A stretch of 64,000 nucleotides of DNA from Octopus sinensis (GCF_006345805.1 NC_043008.1:61938001-62002000); one strand, 5' to 3'; shown: positions 50,650 through 64,000, numbered from the stretch's first letter. Notes: generated by a model from the sequence alone, not told the origin. Numbers and translations are program-made.

Positions 50650-51239
50650 TGCTGTTGATGTTGATAAAATAGATAAATTATACCATATGCGTATATATGT
50701 GAACGACCGCTTGTGTAAGCGTGTTTGCTTGCATGTCTGTGTGTATTATATATCTCTGTTCAATAGTGGGGAAAGAAAGGTAATAGCAGATTTACTTAAT
50801 ATTTAGAAGATTTAAACCGCAACGATGAGCATGTGCTTTTAACCACATATTCACTCTGACCCCAACAGCTCTTTCTGCCATAGACAATGACTTAATGGAG
50901 TCCCCATCAATATATGATTACAATAATTCTGTTTAAGTCAACCTGAAAAATCTAAAATATTTCTAAATTATATCCTGAAGAGTAAAATATCGTTAAGGTT
51001 AGTGTAAAATAACGAAACACGTGCATGGAAGCGACTCGTGTTAAACCAGTTGCCCGAACAAGCTTATAGTGCATACTTGCTTGTCCAGAAGCTTCAAAGT
51101 TATGCCTACTGGTAGTCTTTCGATGTGATTAAGTGTAAGCGATATTAGATAAATGGCAAAGGCAGCCTCTAGCCGTTAATCATTAGATATATCCATCTAG
51201 ATGTGATTCTCTGATCACCAGTTGGATGATTAAATAATA

Positions 51240-51380
51240 TTTTCTACTATAGGCGCAAGGCCTGAAATTTGAGGGAAGGGATTAAGTCGACTGCATCGAT
51301 CCTCATGTGTAACTGGTACTTATTTAATCGACCCCGTAAAGGATGAAAGGCAAAGTCGACCTCGGCGGAATTTGAACCCT
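51240..51380 (-). mobile_element. SINE S3 fragment
   Basis: AAAGGATGAAAGGCAAAGTCGACCTCGGCGGAATTTGAAC. Confidence 0.8.
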
Positions 51381-52073
51381 GGTAATCGTGCCCATAGCTG
51401 TATGTTGACAAATTTTTCCGTTTTGTAAGGGTAATTTACCCAATGTTTCTGCTGTTGTAATGACATCTCTGCGTTCGAAAATAAATTATCTTATTTTGAT
51501 CTTAATATGTATACACACACACTTACACATATATACATATATACATATACAGAGAGAGAGTGATACACGTTAATATATGTATATAGTTACTCGCGCACGC
51601 ACACACCACACACACAGAAACGCACACACACATACACATATATAATTGGTAACTACCAACCTTCTAATACAGACAAGTGCACAACTTAAATAACACCGGC
51701 CTGCCGACCAACTAAAACCTACTACCTACTTACATTCTTCTGTAAACCCCTATGAGCTGAAAATGACACACCTAATTAGACACACCTAATTAGAAAGTTA
51801 TACATGCACGAATAAATTCTGAACAATAACTGAAGCCCAAATTTAATCAATAAAATCTCTCCACTGCACCACTCCATCACAAACTATCATACAATCTAAT
51901 TATCATTCAACAGATCTCAGTATATTAAAGAAAATTTTAGCTTGTCGGAGACTATATAGAGCTAAGATGGACTCGCATGTACCACAAGCTAATGGCGGCT
52001 TAGCTGGCCTAAACTTCGTACTCACTGTCAATACCATTTTTGTGAACGAATAATACTTACTTGTACTTGTACA

Positions 52074-52515
52074 TGTGACGGCGTTCACCCCGGGTGGGTT
52101 GAGCCGGCTTCTTTTCTGGTCCTGACGGCATCACGAATTCATAGAATTTTCGGGAGAATATTGAATTCACAACAGATCCCCGACATCCCGCATGTCTATC
52201 CCGAGTAACGGGACGCCCTGTTTGCCGCGCTGTCTCCACAGACCCAGGGACAGAACGACCTCGAAGCCGCCGGTTGCCGATCAGATGCCTCTTGGAATTT
52301 TCACCAGAGCCCCGTTGGCCAGGCTGCGGCCCTAATACTGCTCGGTGCCAGACCAATCCGCCTTGGGTGGCCCTACCAGGAACCGAAGTTCCCCATGGCA
52401 TAGCTCTGACACTGACCGTTTACACAACCCTACCGCTTTGGGGAGGGGTTGAACGAATAATACTATATTATAAACCTTTAAAGCAAAAAAGAGACACCAA
52501 AACTCACACTATACA
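52074..52515. mobile_element. GC/CpG-rich segment, possible solo LTR
   Basis: Begins TGTGACGG and ends TATACA (TG...CA); composition contrasts sharply with the flanks; no TSD found. Confidence 0.4.
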
Positions 52516-52734
52516 TATTTGACGGACGTCTATGCAAATCCATTCACAAGTGTTTGGTCTGTTTGGAGTCATAGTAACAGACACTTGTCCAAGGTACCAC
52601 GCTCTAAAATTGAAACTGAAACCATGTGGTTGGGAAACAAACTTCTCACAGAAGAGCCACACTTGCAATGATTTAAGCAAATATGCAATGTAATTTGATA
52701 GAAATTAAATATTTGGTTCAATAAGGATTAAAAT

Positions 52735-53123
52735 GGATGGAAGCACTCCGTCGGTTCCGACGATGAGGGTTCCGGTTGATCCGAATCAATGGAACAGCCT
52801 GCTCGTGAAATTAACGTGTAAGTGGCTGAGCACTCCACAGACACGTGTACCCTTAACGTAGTTCTCGGGGATATTCAGCGTGACACAGAGAGTGACAAGG
52901 CCGGCCCCTTGAAATACAGGTACAACAGAAACAGGAAGTAAGAGTGAGAGAAAGTTGTGGTGAAAGAGTACAGCAGAGATCACCACCATTCCCTGCTGGA
53001 GCCTCGTGGAGCTTCTAGGTGTTTTCGTTCAATAAACACTCACAACGCCCGGTCTGGGAATCGAAACCGCGATCCTACGACCGCGAGTCCGCTGCTCTAA
53101 CCACTGGGCCATTGCGCCTCCAC
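52735..53123 (-). mobile_element. SINE S2, tail variant 1, full length
   Basis: TSD AAGGATTAAAAT (52723-52734, 53124-53135). Confidence 0.92.
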
Positions 53124-53713
53124 AAGGATTAAAATATTTGAGTAAAAAATAATCTGTCAACTAGAAACAGAGAAACAGGGGAGAAATTATTTGATTCGGT
53201 ATCATATATTTCAGTGTCGGTGTGACATATAGACGGAAATAAATGTGTGATAATTTTCATACTAAATAATATCATATAAGTATCTATACGCCTGACATGT
53301 GTATTTTTAACAAGGTTAGCCATATTATTTTTATTTTATGGCATATATTTATTGCTGCAAAGGTAGCAGTAATAGAGATAGATTTCTGAATGAAAAAAAA
53401 TAATAACTAGTGTAAAAGGTTTTGCAACTAAATATTATCAAAGCAGCAACTACTCTCTGGCAGTGTCATTTGCTTCTAAAAATACTTCAAACTATAAAAG
53501 ATCTAAAATACTCTGCGTAATAATATTGATTTCATGCTTGGTTATTTTCAATAATTACCAACATTTTAGTGGTGAATTTTGGAAGTGGAATTTCCCAAGT
53601 GTCATTTCAGATAACATTTTGTGCGAAGGAATACTTTGGAAAAAGATATATATTTTTTTTTTTTAAACTGATATACTGAAATGGAAAACTAACAAATAAA
53701 AAAAAAATAAAAA

Positions 53714-53758
<45 letters not shown>

Positions 53759-53779
53759 GATGATGATGATGATAATGAT

Positions 53780-54324
53780 GATGCAACACCAGGCAGTGAC
53801 TCTCGTGGGCTTCTGATCTTAAATGATTGGAAGTTTTATGATGCATATTCTTTTTGTTTTGGTATAAAAGATGGGCAAATATTCTGCTCAATACCACAGA
53901 TTTGCTTGTCAGTTGTTTGACCTTAACCAGTTGAGCATGTCCCTTAGTGGCTGACGATTTGTGCATCTCTGATCACGAGCACAAGTAGTGGGGGAGCATC
54001 ATAGCCATGTGTTGAGAGGGATTCTTTGGGGTTTGAATAATTCACCTCTGGAAACATGGGTGCTTCGTTCAACAACTTTAAACAACCTTTATTCAGGGAC
54101 ATTTTGGTGGGGATGGGTTACTCTACCAGAGGAAAATTCTAACTGGGCCCCACCTGCAAGGTCATGCGCTATTTATCTTGATATGAGATCACCATATCAC
54201 GCACATATGGTTGTGATGCCTGTACCTAGTATACCCTTATCAGACGGGTAGTCATGATGGGTATACTGGGCTTCGTATATTTTATCCCAGTGTCACTTTG
54301 ATGGCATGCACTGCTCTGTAACTC
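53780..54324 (+). mobile_element. Repeat family D (~545 bp), embedded in (TAA)n
   Basis: Matches 61278-61825 (-) and 27046-27430; trinucleotide runs on both flanks and a (TAA)n tail. Confidence 0.85.
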
Positions 54325-54395
<71 letters not shown>

Positions 54396-54844
54396 CTATA
54401 ATAACACTTCACAACTGAATGAAATCATTTTCTTTAGCAAGAGCTTATTAGGGTGATTTCAGTTAACTTTGACTTCCTTTCTGAATATGAACTCAGTTTT
54501 GCTTCATCACATCTAGATTTTGATCCACAAGATACCCTATGTGTACCAAATTTACAGAACTGTAGTGTAGCGTGCAGTATGTCAAGTGTTTCTGTTTCTC
54601 CTTTATGAATGCCTTTGATTGTTCTTTGTGTGCTAACCTTCAATGAGAGATTTCTGAAAGTAGGTATAAAGCATATTATGTCATGTCTATTTCTTTAACA
54701 CCTTGATTTGAATGCGTGTTTCGGATGCTTATGTGGTTTGTTGTATCAAATTGGTAAATGCTTTGCTCACAGTAGACTGCCGTTTTCTTTCTTTTTTTAT
54801 ATTTTTCATTTCTCTACTTCAGTTCCCTTCAATTTGCACGACAT

Positions 54845-56120
54845 CAAGGTGTGCAGGTCACAATGACCCCCAGTTACTTTTGCAACATCTGTGGGTGCAT
54901 GTGCAGTGAAGGACTGTAGGAAAAAACATCACGCCGCTCATAAAAGCAAGTTACAAGGATTATTTCCAAATGAAACTTGGAAATGAAGATAAATATTTTG
55001 CTCCACATATTATATGAAAAGTTTGCAGTGATCGGTTTTCCTTTTAGTCCTGTGGTAAGCGGAGGCAAATGCCATTTGTTAATTCAATGACATAGCGAGA
55101 TCAATGCAACCACTATACTGATTGCTACTTTTGTGTTACTAATGTTGAGAGGGTAGAAAAAATCTGCAATGAATACCAAGTATTCTAATCTGCCATAAGA
55201 CCATGAACTTATGAAGATGAAATTCTCTCTGTGCCAGGCAATCAATCATTGAATGAGCCAGATGATGATTCTGAAGACAAAACTGAATGTGAAGATCAAA
55301 TGGTTCACAATGATTTTGAAAATGTTCACTCGTGCCGTAAAATAAGTCAGAACAACTGGATAATTTTGTTTGAAAGTTGGGATTTTCTAAGGATGATGCT
55401 CATCTGCCTGAAAGAATGCTCAGAGAATCTAGTGTCTTAATTCAAGGATCCAAAAAAACCACGTACATGCAACGAGAGAAGACATTTGTTCAACTTTTAT
55501 TACACATAATGAACTGGGTTTAGTTTTATTGCAAGAAAATTACTGGATTGATGGATGGACATTCACTGGATGGATGGACAATTAACTGGATGGACATTCA
55601 TTGATGGCAGTGTTAAAGCTTAAAGGCATTCCTTTTGCATATTGTGAATGAGTACGAAGGGATTCCAGTGCGTGATTAAAGGAACACAAAAGAACTGTAC
55701 TGACACTACCAAGATCTTACATTCCTTAATCAGGTATAAGGATCTTAAGTTGAAAGATAGAGGTGACTTAAAGTTCATAGGTTTTTATCTGCAATGCAAA
55801 ATCACTACAGAAAGGTTTGTTGATTCTTGTGCCTGCGGAATAACCAGGCCTAAAATGTGAGTTCTATGGTTTGCAGGATTGGCCAACACGCCATGAATAA
55901 AAGACTAGAGAATAAAAGCGTTCAATACACACCGCTACGTTTACCAGAGCTAATTGTGTTACCACTGCTACATATTAAAATTGGAAACTTCAAAATTTTT
56001 GTAAAGATACTGGACCCTGAGAGGCACCCAAACAAGTTGCTGAAAAATATCTTTCCTTGCTTAAGTGAAGCAAAGATAATGGAAGCGTATTCGTTGGACC
56101 AGACACTTACAAATCGATGA
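54845..56120 (+). pseudogene. Chapaev-like DDE transposase relic
   Basis: Ordered frameshifted motifs FCNICG, YFQMKLGNEDKYFAPH, NHYTDCYFC, GDLKFIG, FLCL, DWPTR, LPLLHIKIG..IFVKILD, IFPCLSEAKI; superfamily name assigned from recalled motifs. Confidence 0.7.
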
Positions 56121-57149
56121 AGAATCAGATGTTCAGAGATTCATTGAATGAAATTGAACGACGAGCTTATGATGTTTGCATTAAAGACAGTGGGAAATTC
56201 TCTCGGGAAGCGTGATTGGAGTTGAGCTTGTGTTGACTGCTGTGGAGCTGGTGTGCTTGCGTTGTTTTCGATCTTTCTGTTTTTGTTGTGCGAACGTTTC
56301 CTGTGTTTCCTAGTGTGAGCTTTCACGTTTTTTTGTTTTGGCGGTTTTGGCGGTGTCTTCCTCATCTTCACTTCGAGAGGTGGAGGAAGCAGTATCTATG
56401 AGATCTGTTTCAGGAAAAACTATGTAATATATATATTTATATATTTATTTATTTTTCAGTATCCAAATCTAATTATTTTATTTATATCTTTTATTAAATT
56501 TAAGGAATTTTCATTTAATTGTATAACTTAATATTTTTTTCTAGATTTATTAGCTTTGTTAGTCTTTAAGGTTAATATATATTTTCTTACTAATTGTATC
56601 TATTCCAATAGGAGTATGATTTTCTATGTATCACGTGTACATGACTAGATTTTAACTACTGACTTCCTTTCTATTGATGAGTGTACATATCGCTATAAGA
56701 TTTACTTTTCATTCACATCAAATACAGCCTTGCTATTTCATTGTTCATTTATTCCACCTTCATTATTTTCATGATAATTTGATAATTTCCTTAGGAAACA
56801 CGTTCAAAAGGATCAAACTCTTTTTGTAATCACACCGTAGCATATTTCTAAGACTCGGTGACATATTTAATCCTATGCCAACAAGCATAAACGTTATCAG
56901 AGTCAGTGATATCAGAAGAGATTGCCACCATAGCATACAACCTCACTAATTTAATAACATATGCATCGATGCATATGTGGTTATTTTCCTTTCTGAAATA
57001 CTTGCTTTCCTGCTGCCTCTTCTGTTCTTATCACCCTTGTGCTGCTTCCTCTTTTTATACCTTTGCATCTAATCTTCATTTTCTTTCTCTTCTTCCTTTT
57101 ATTATCATTACTGTTGTTGAAGTTTTTTTCTTATGCCACTACACCGAAG

Positions 57150-57830
57150 CCGCGCCAGAAGCTTACTAGAGCAGAAATCGAGTGAAATAAGCTGTTAGAT
57201 TTGCAACCCAGTGTCTGGAGAGACAAATACATGCTGATCAGTGGCGGCTTCAGTGTGTCCGGTTGATGTATTCAGATATGCGGTTCAGAGCAGAACTCCG
57301 AGTAGAGAAAACTTAAGAAGACATTGCGAACATTTCTCGGGCCATTTCTGTTTCAGAAATGGTCTGAGGAATCGCTTTATCAGAAATTGTTTGGGAAGTG
57401 GTATTCAGATTGAAATTACTTCTTATTGCGTCATCTTTGCTACGTCATTTCCAAATTGTGATCCCACCTGACTGTGGTACTCTCTCTCATAAGATAAGAT
57501 AACCTTTTTGTTTTTTCACTTATAATGGAAAACACAGGTTTTGTTCCGTAAGAGATCCATGTGCTAACAACTATTCCATGGGAATCCCAGATGAAGCCGA
57601 CACCTTTGCAGACAGACTCCATAAAAGTATGTGACGTTTGTTTGTGTTGTACAATTCACTGCAGTTTGTCTCTTTCACAGAATTTCAGTCTTCTGTCAAT
57701 CCCAGAACTACGTCGAGCATTGAACCTCTGAAATAGTGCTAGACCCTCACTATATTTTATCAGTTGAGCAATGGTGTCCGTGAAAGCGAATTCTCAGAAC
57801 CTGTGCAGTGGGAATTCAAGAGGCGTGAGT
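57150..57830 (-). pseudogene. Mariner (Himar/irritans-like) transposase relic
   Basis: KGVGFIWDSHGIVV resembles GKVMATVFWDxHGII; downstream SD and LKQK remnants. Confidence 0.5.
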
Positions 57831-58544
57831 CTATGTTTGGTTTTCACAGTGGAAATATTGTTTACATGATAGCATAGCAATTAGAAAGTTCAGTGACACT
57901 CATGGGAGGAATTACAAACAAGAACGCTAAATATTGTCCCCTTGTGGAGCTGGAAAAGTCTCCTGCATAGCACATCATATAAAATTGGTATTAACAAAGT
58001 AGTTTGTAAAAACTTACAAGAAACTTTCGAAAAAATCCACTTTAAATAACCAGAACTTTCTCAAGCATATATTATCAGCATTTTAGGGTAGATACAAAGT
58101 AATGAATTCTGACTGTATCTATGTGTATAGTGCAGCTGCTTCATCTGTTACAACACCTGTAGTTTTATACCTCGTGACAGTAAGCACATCCTAATCCTTT
58201 CTTAAGTTTAATGTAAATGCAATGCTGACTTGACAAGAGTTTGAAAGAAATATAGGCAGAATCAAAAAGAAAAGATACCAAGGTAGTCATTTCGCAGTTT
58301 CCTTCTTTGATTTTTTGACATTTGCAAAGATGTTAATAATAGGAAGATTCTGGAAAAGTTGATTGAAATACCTCAGTTCATGGGATGCTAAATGTCTGTA
58401 AACTTATATTTTCCACATTCGCAATACTATGTGACGTCTATGAAAACCATAGGATATCTAGACAAAAAATACAAAAGCCTCTGAGATACTGCCTTGAGAT
58501 TTTGTATACATTTGTGTGTGTGTGCGCGTGTGTATTTATATATA

Positions 58545-58731
58545 TATCACCGTGACCGACCAGGCTATCAGACGTTGCTACACATCGCTGGTCACAATGC
58601 ACTTCGCATTGTTTTAGCCTTCATATGACGCCACCCCACTGGCTAAGCGAGCAGGCCAATATATATGTATATATCGGTGCCCCAGCATGGCCACAGCTCA
58701 TGAGCTGAAACTGGAATCAATCAATCAATCA

Positions 58732-58776
<45 letters not shown>

Positions 58777-58930
58777 GTATATATATATATATATATACGA
58801 TGGTTTTTATCTACTAAATCCACTCACAGGGCCTGAGTAAAAGACACTTACCCAAGGTACCATGCAGTGGGACTGAACCCGGAACCATATGGTTGTGAAG
58901 CAAGCTTCTTACGACACAGCCACACCTGTA
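58545..58930 (-). mobile_element. S2 variant-2 tail fragment and S1 fragments
   Basis: 58545-58660 is the reverse complement of the 23330-23450 tail; S1 pieces follow. Confidence 0.8.
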
Positions 58931-58994
58931 TATCTATCTTTCTATCTATCTATATCTAGATATATGTATATACATGTATATATGTATATACATA

Positions 58995-59070
<76 letters not shown>

Positions 59071-59514
59071 ATGTATGTATATATGTATGTAAGTGTGTAT
59101 GTATGTATATATGCATGTGCATATTTATGTATATATGTGTGAAGATGTATGATGCAAAAGTTACATATACTACGAAGATGTAAAATAACAAAATCACAGG
59201 TTTATACTCAGGAAAGTTAAAAGCGAAAGTCATTTACGTTTCACGCATTCGTTCTTCTATATAAAGAGTAAGCAAAGAGAGGGAAAATTGAAAGATCAAA
59301 GAACAAAAAGCATTACAATTACACGGCAACAGCATGCGGAAATGACCGGAACAGGAAGAGGTTGCTAGAGCCATGTGTGACATGAGTGGTAAATTATGTG
59401 AGGTGATTTGAGACGTGGTTGGCAAGGATGACAGTATCACACCTAGCTTATGTGTGCATGAGCAAGTACGTGTGTATGTGAAACTATTGTGTCCGTGTAT
59501 ACTCTGTGTTTTTG

Positions 59515-59665
59515 TATCTATGTATGTATGTATGAAGTTATGTATGTATGTATGTATGTATGAAGTTATGTATGTATGTATGCATGTATGTATGTATGTA
59601 TGTATGTATGTATGTATGTATGTATGTATGTATGTATGTACGTACGTATGTATGTATGTATGCAC
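59515..59665. repeat. (TATG)n microsatellite
   Basis: Direct. Confidence 0.95.
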
Positions 59666-60139
59666 TGGTGTGTAAGTGTGAACATGTTTGTGTTTATGTG
59701 TGTCATGCGATTGTCTGGTGTAAGTATATGTATGAAAATATTCGACGCACGCTTCTCTGTGTACACAAGCGCACGCATGTGAGGCTGCCAGAGATATGTG
59801 TATCCAGGTTTTCTGTTTCCACAAATGTGTGCATGAGGTCATTAGACATATGTTTACGGATACAAGTATTTGTGTATGAAGCGCGAGTGTTTGGCTGCCC
59901 CTGTTTTCTGTTTTGGCGCGCGATTGTTCATCTGGTTATCAGACATGTATGTGTGTCTGTGCTAATGAGTGTGTATGTAAATGAGATTATGCGCACATAA
60001 TGTGTGTGTAGGTGTGTGAGTGTATGCATTCTGTCCTCTATATTAATGTGTGTATGAAGAGGTTATGTAAGACATCCCCGATAGAGATATCAGGCGGAAT
60101 GGAGGTGACGAAATTAGAAGATGCTGGAAATAGTAGGTG

Positions 60140-60349
60140 TACTCTTACTCTTTTACTCTTTTACTTATTTCAGTCATTTGACTGCGGCCATGCTGGAGCA
60201 CCGCGAGCAACTCGACCCCGGGACTTATTCTGTTGTAAGCCCAGTACTTATTCTATCGGTCTCTTTTGCCGAACCGCTAAGTAACGGGGACATAAACACA
60301 CCAGCATCGGTTGTCAAGCAATGCTAAGGGGAAAAACACAGACACATAA

Positions 60350-60411
<62 letters not shown>

Positions 60412-60572
60412 GACGGGCTTCTTTCAGTTTCCATCGACCAAATCCACTCACAAGGCTTTGGTCGGCCCGAGGCTATAGTAGAAGACACTTGCCGAAGGTG
60501 CCACTCATTGGGACTGAACCCGGAACCATGTGGTTGGTAAACAAGCTACTTACCACACAGCCACTCCTACGC
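60140..60572 (-). mobile_element. SINE S1, full length
   Basis: Near-identical to other S1 copies. Confidence 0.9.
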
Positions 60573-60716
60573 CTATACTATATGCTTGTTTTTATAAGTG
60601 AGATGATGATGGGTAGCACTGGACATTGTAGTGGAAGTGTGGGTGATAGTGTGTGTAAAATAGGATGAAGTGTGCGACATACATAGCTACTATTCACAGA
60701 TATTTGTATGCATGTG

Positions 60717-60753
<37 letters not shown>

Positions 60754-61277
60754 ATATGTGTGTATGGGTGTGTGTATATGTATGTATTAATGTGTGTATA
60801 TATATTTATACACACACACACACACACACACACATCTGTTTGCGTGCCTTCTCAGGAGAAAGTGACCTTCAAATTACTTTGAATTTTTATTTTTAATCTG
60901 TGCCATACATTCTAAGATTGAAAATAATTTTATTCGTTTAAGTAGATTTATTTGAACATTCCTGAACAAAGCAAACATACAATTCTGAATATCTTAATTA
61001 TATTATTTGTTAAATACTTTTAAGGAAATTAAACACGAAATTCATTTACTTTTCTCTCAACGTAGTAAGAAAAATCAAACTTACACATAGCCCTAGGAGA
61101 ACGTGGCATAATATAAACACTAAATCTAAAACTAAGCTATTTGTGAAAATATCCCATGGCTAGCAAATTCTAAGATAAATTTGTAGCACAGCACCAAAAT
61201 ATACACAGCGACAAACTGCAAAAACTTGAGTTATACAAAACGGCTCCCTTATTATCACCATTATTATTATTATTATT

Positions 61278-61825
61278 GAGTGACAAGGCAGTGCATGCAA
61301 TCAAAGTGACACTGGGGTAAAATATACGAAGCCTAGTATACACATCATGACTACCCGTCTGATAAGGGTGCACCAGGAACATGCAGCACAACCATATGTG
61401 CGCGACATGGTTATCTCATATCAAGATAAACAGCACATGACCTTGCAGATGGAGCTCAGTTAGAATTTCCTTCTGGTCGAGTAACCCATCCCGCTCAAAA
61501 GATCCCTGAATAGGGGTTGTTTAAGGATGTTGAACGAAACACCCTTGTTTCCAGAAGTGAATTATTCAAACCACTAAGAATCCCTCTCAACACATGGCTA
61601 TGATGTTACCCCACTACTTCTGCTCATGATCAGATATGCACATATCATCAGCCTCTAAGGGACATGCTCAACTGGTTAAGGTCAAACAACTGATAAGCAA
61701 ATCTGTGGTATTGAGCAGAATATTTGCTGTAGCCCATCTTTTATACCAAGACAAAACAATGTACATGAAACACTTCCAATCATTTAAGATCAGAAGTCAC
61801 GAGAGCCACTGCCTGGTACTGCATC
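61278..61825 (-). mobile_element. Repeat family D
   Basis: Reverse complement of 53780-54324; (TTA)n on both sides. Confidence 0.85.
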
Positions 61826-61832
61826 AGGGCAT

Positions 61833-61847
61833 TTATTATTATTATTA

Positions 61848-61899
<52 letters not shown>

Positions 61900-62043
61900 G
61901 TTATTGTTATGTTATTGTTATTATTATTATTGTTATTGTTATTGTTATTATTATTATTATTATTATTGTTATTGTTATTGTTATTATAGTTATTGTTATT
62001 GTTATTATTATTATTATTATTGTTATTGTTATTGTTATTGTTA

Positions 62044-62081
<38 letters not shown>

Positions 62082-62131
62082 GTTATTGTTATTGTTATTG
62101 TTATTATTATCATTATTATTATTATTATTAT

Positions 62132-62163
<32 letters not shown>
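61833..62163. repeat. (TTA)n/(TTG)n/(TAG)n microsatellite
   Basis: Direct; explains the poly-L/Y/N/I ORFs. Confidence 0.95.
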
Positions 62164-62775
62164 TGGCCGTCAGCCTGGCAAGCCACGCTTGATCACCCTC
62201 CGCAGATTTTATAGGGAAAAATATTTGAACCTTCAAGTTTACACCATCGTGGACAAGTTATTTGTTGTCGAGTGGTGAATTCATTTTCCTGTTTGTCCCC
62301 CAGCTTTGGGGGACACGTAAATTTAATTTGATCATTAATCATATTTATTTGCATTTTCTCAACCAACATGGAGAAAACACCACAAAACCCAGTGATGCTC
62401 ATATGTGAGAGAGGTGGAAAGATGAGGAGCGTCACCAACTATCAATGAGAGAGAGTGCGAGCATGCGAAGCAACTTCGGGCTGCAAAATTAGAACAGACG
62501 ATAGCATTTTTGTCGAAAAAAATAAAAAAGGCCGAAAAGGCCAACAGAGCTAATTTTTTCGAGAAGAATCTCTTACATCTTAGGAAAAGCAAAGGCTCCG
62601 ATTTTGACAACATTTTACGAAATAAAAACAGCAAAGCGAAGCAACGGACGAATTGAGTGCAAGTTACAACAACATCAGCAGCACCGTTAATTACCACAAC
62701 AGCAGCAACGGAAGCAACAAATGAAACAGCAGCAATGACAAAAACAATGAAGGAGCTGAAACATAAACCGGTGCA

Positions 62776-63592
62776 ATGGATTCGATTAGCTCATCGAAAC
62801 GTTCTTTCGCTGGAGTAGCCAAGTCATCTCCTCAGAGGATACAATTTTCTGAAGAGGAACTTGAAAATGCTAGACGCCTGGTCGAGAGCTGCAGGTTCCG
62901 TCTGGAATTCAAAGGAATATACACAGAGATGAAGGGCCTGTGTAATGGTGTTCAATTCCGGACCGAGGAAAAAGCCAAAGGTCACACTCTTACGTAATAC
63001 CCCCAAAAGCTAGGGGATATTGTTAGTTCTTTTCTATTGCGGTCAGAGATTAGCTAAAATCATAATTCACCAGGTGCCACCAGAAATAGCCATTCATAGG
63101 CTAATTGCAGCAGTAATGATGGACTTCGAGGAAAACTAGGAAAATCTCCAAGTCTGTCAGATCAAAAAGGTGAACTGGTCCTGGATTACGAGAGAAGTCT
63201 TCATACAAACGACACAAAGGAATGTGAATCTCATCCCGGATCAGATCCTTCTTCCTGGAGGCAGCATAATTCCAGTTAGAGTAGATGGAAGGAAAGCAAA
63301 GTACCACATTAGCTTTTCAACTAACCATCTAAAAGCCTTCTGCCTTAGATTTAAGGTAAAAGAGAGACGGCAGCTCTCCTCCCTACACCAACAACTGTCG
63401 CCAAAACTCCAGCGACAAAAGCAGCAGCACTATCACCATCAGCAGGTTCAGCCGTGGCACCAACAACAACAACCATACCGACACCGAGTTACCCCAAACA
63501 CTTCTCTGCACCCGAAGATGTTCCAATTTCCGATGCGGAGCAGGTGCACATCACAAGTGGAGAGTCGGATCGCGATGAAAAGTGGAAGTTAA
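62776..63592 (+). pseudogene. LINE ORF1 (RRM plus degenerate zinc knuckle) fragment
   Basis: KRSFAGVAKS, IIIHQVPPEI and IPDQILLPGGSIIPVRVDGRKAKYHISFSTNHLKAFC resembling VxVEGRxPxCxxCxxxGHxxxxC; stops and frameshifts present. Confidence 0.6.
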
Positions 63593-63625
63593 AAACAAAA
63601 ACATAGACGGGAAAGTGGCAAAAAA

Positions 63626-64000
63626 AGGAGTGGCTGTGTGGTAAGTAGCTTGCTAACCACCCACATGGTTCCTGGTTCAGTCCCACTGCGTGGCATCTTG
63701 GGCAAGTGTCTTCTGCTATAGCCCCGGGCCGACCAAAGCCTTGTGAGTGGATTTGGTAGACGGAAACTGAAAGAAGCCTGTCGTATATATGTATATATAT
63801 ATATATATATTGCATGTGTGTGTTTGTGCGTCTGTGTTTGTCCCCCTAGCATTGCTTGACAACCGATGCTGGTGTGTTTACGTCCCCGTCACTTAGCGGT
63901 TCGACAAAAGAGACCGATAGAATAAGTACTGGGCTTACAAAGAATAAGTCCGGGGTCGATTTGCTCGACTAAAGGTGGTGCTCCAGCATGGCCACAGTCA
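63626..64000 (+). mobile_element. SINE S1 running off the window end
   Basis: AGGAGTGGCTGTGTGGTAAGTAGC head through to CCAGCATGGCCACAGTCA. Confidence 0.9.

Noticed and set aside
53780-53840. HDV-like ribozyme at the 5' end of family D
   Set aside because: Loop too short, no P1.1 GG and no J4/2 motif found
57760-57830. FN3-like exon LSNGVRESEFSEPV with a GTGAGT donor
   Set aside because: Lies antisense within a mariner transposase relic, and adjacent frames contain stops
587-62236. Numerous ORFs rich in YI, CV, HT, poly-S, poly-E, poly-L or poly-N
   Set aside because: They are translations of di-, tri- and tetranucleotide microsatellites
1-64000. CRISPR array or prokaryotic operon
   Set aside because: No regularly spaced direct repeats with unique spacers and no dense coding; this is a eukaryotic repeat landscape

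Overview
AT-rich, microsatellite-saturated animal DNA. The SINE families resemble those described from octopus, so a coleoid cephalopod origin is likely (inference, not a database result). I found no intact protein-coding gene, rRNA, tRNA gene or CRISPR array; almost all listed ORFs are translated microsatellites, SINE sequence or decayed transposon fragments. The window holds three tRNA-headed SINE families (one with three exchangeable 3' tails), a (TAA)n-associated ~550 bp repeat, and relics of mariner, maT, Chapaev-like, piggyBac, Helitron, CR1/L2, RTE, Dong/R4 and Penelope-like elements. The strongest signal is a recurring class of short elements carrying type I hammerhead ribozymes (HHR), read by hand from stems I-III and the CUGANGA/GAAA core. 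They usually occur as tail-out inverted duplications whose 3' ends run into (TA)n tracts. The best case (5172-6507) is a 546-nt unit with no recognisable coding content, present as a 1.5x tandem plus an inverted copy. Its HHR core is intact and the tandem copy breaks off within 0-3 nt of the predicted self-cleavage site, as expected of a retrozyme-like circular RNA or a Penelope pseudo-LTR. A second family shows compensatory changes in a long stem II. HHRs in Penelope-like elements and retrozymes are established; these particular families and their extended stem II may be undescribed.
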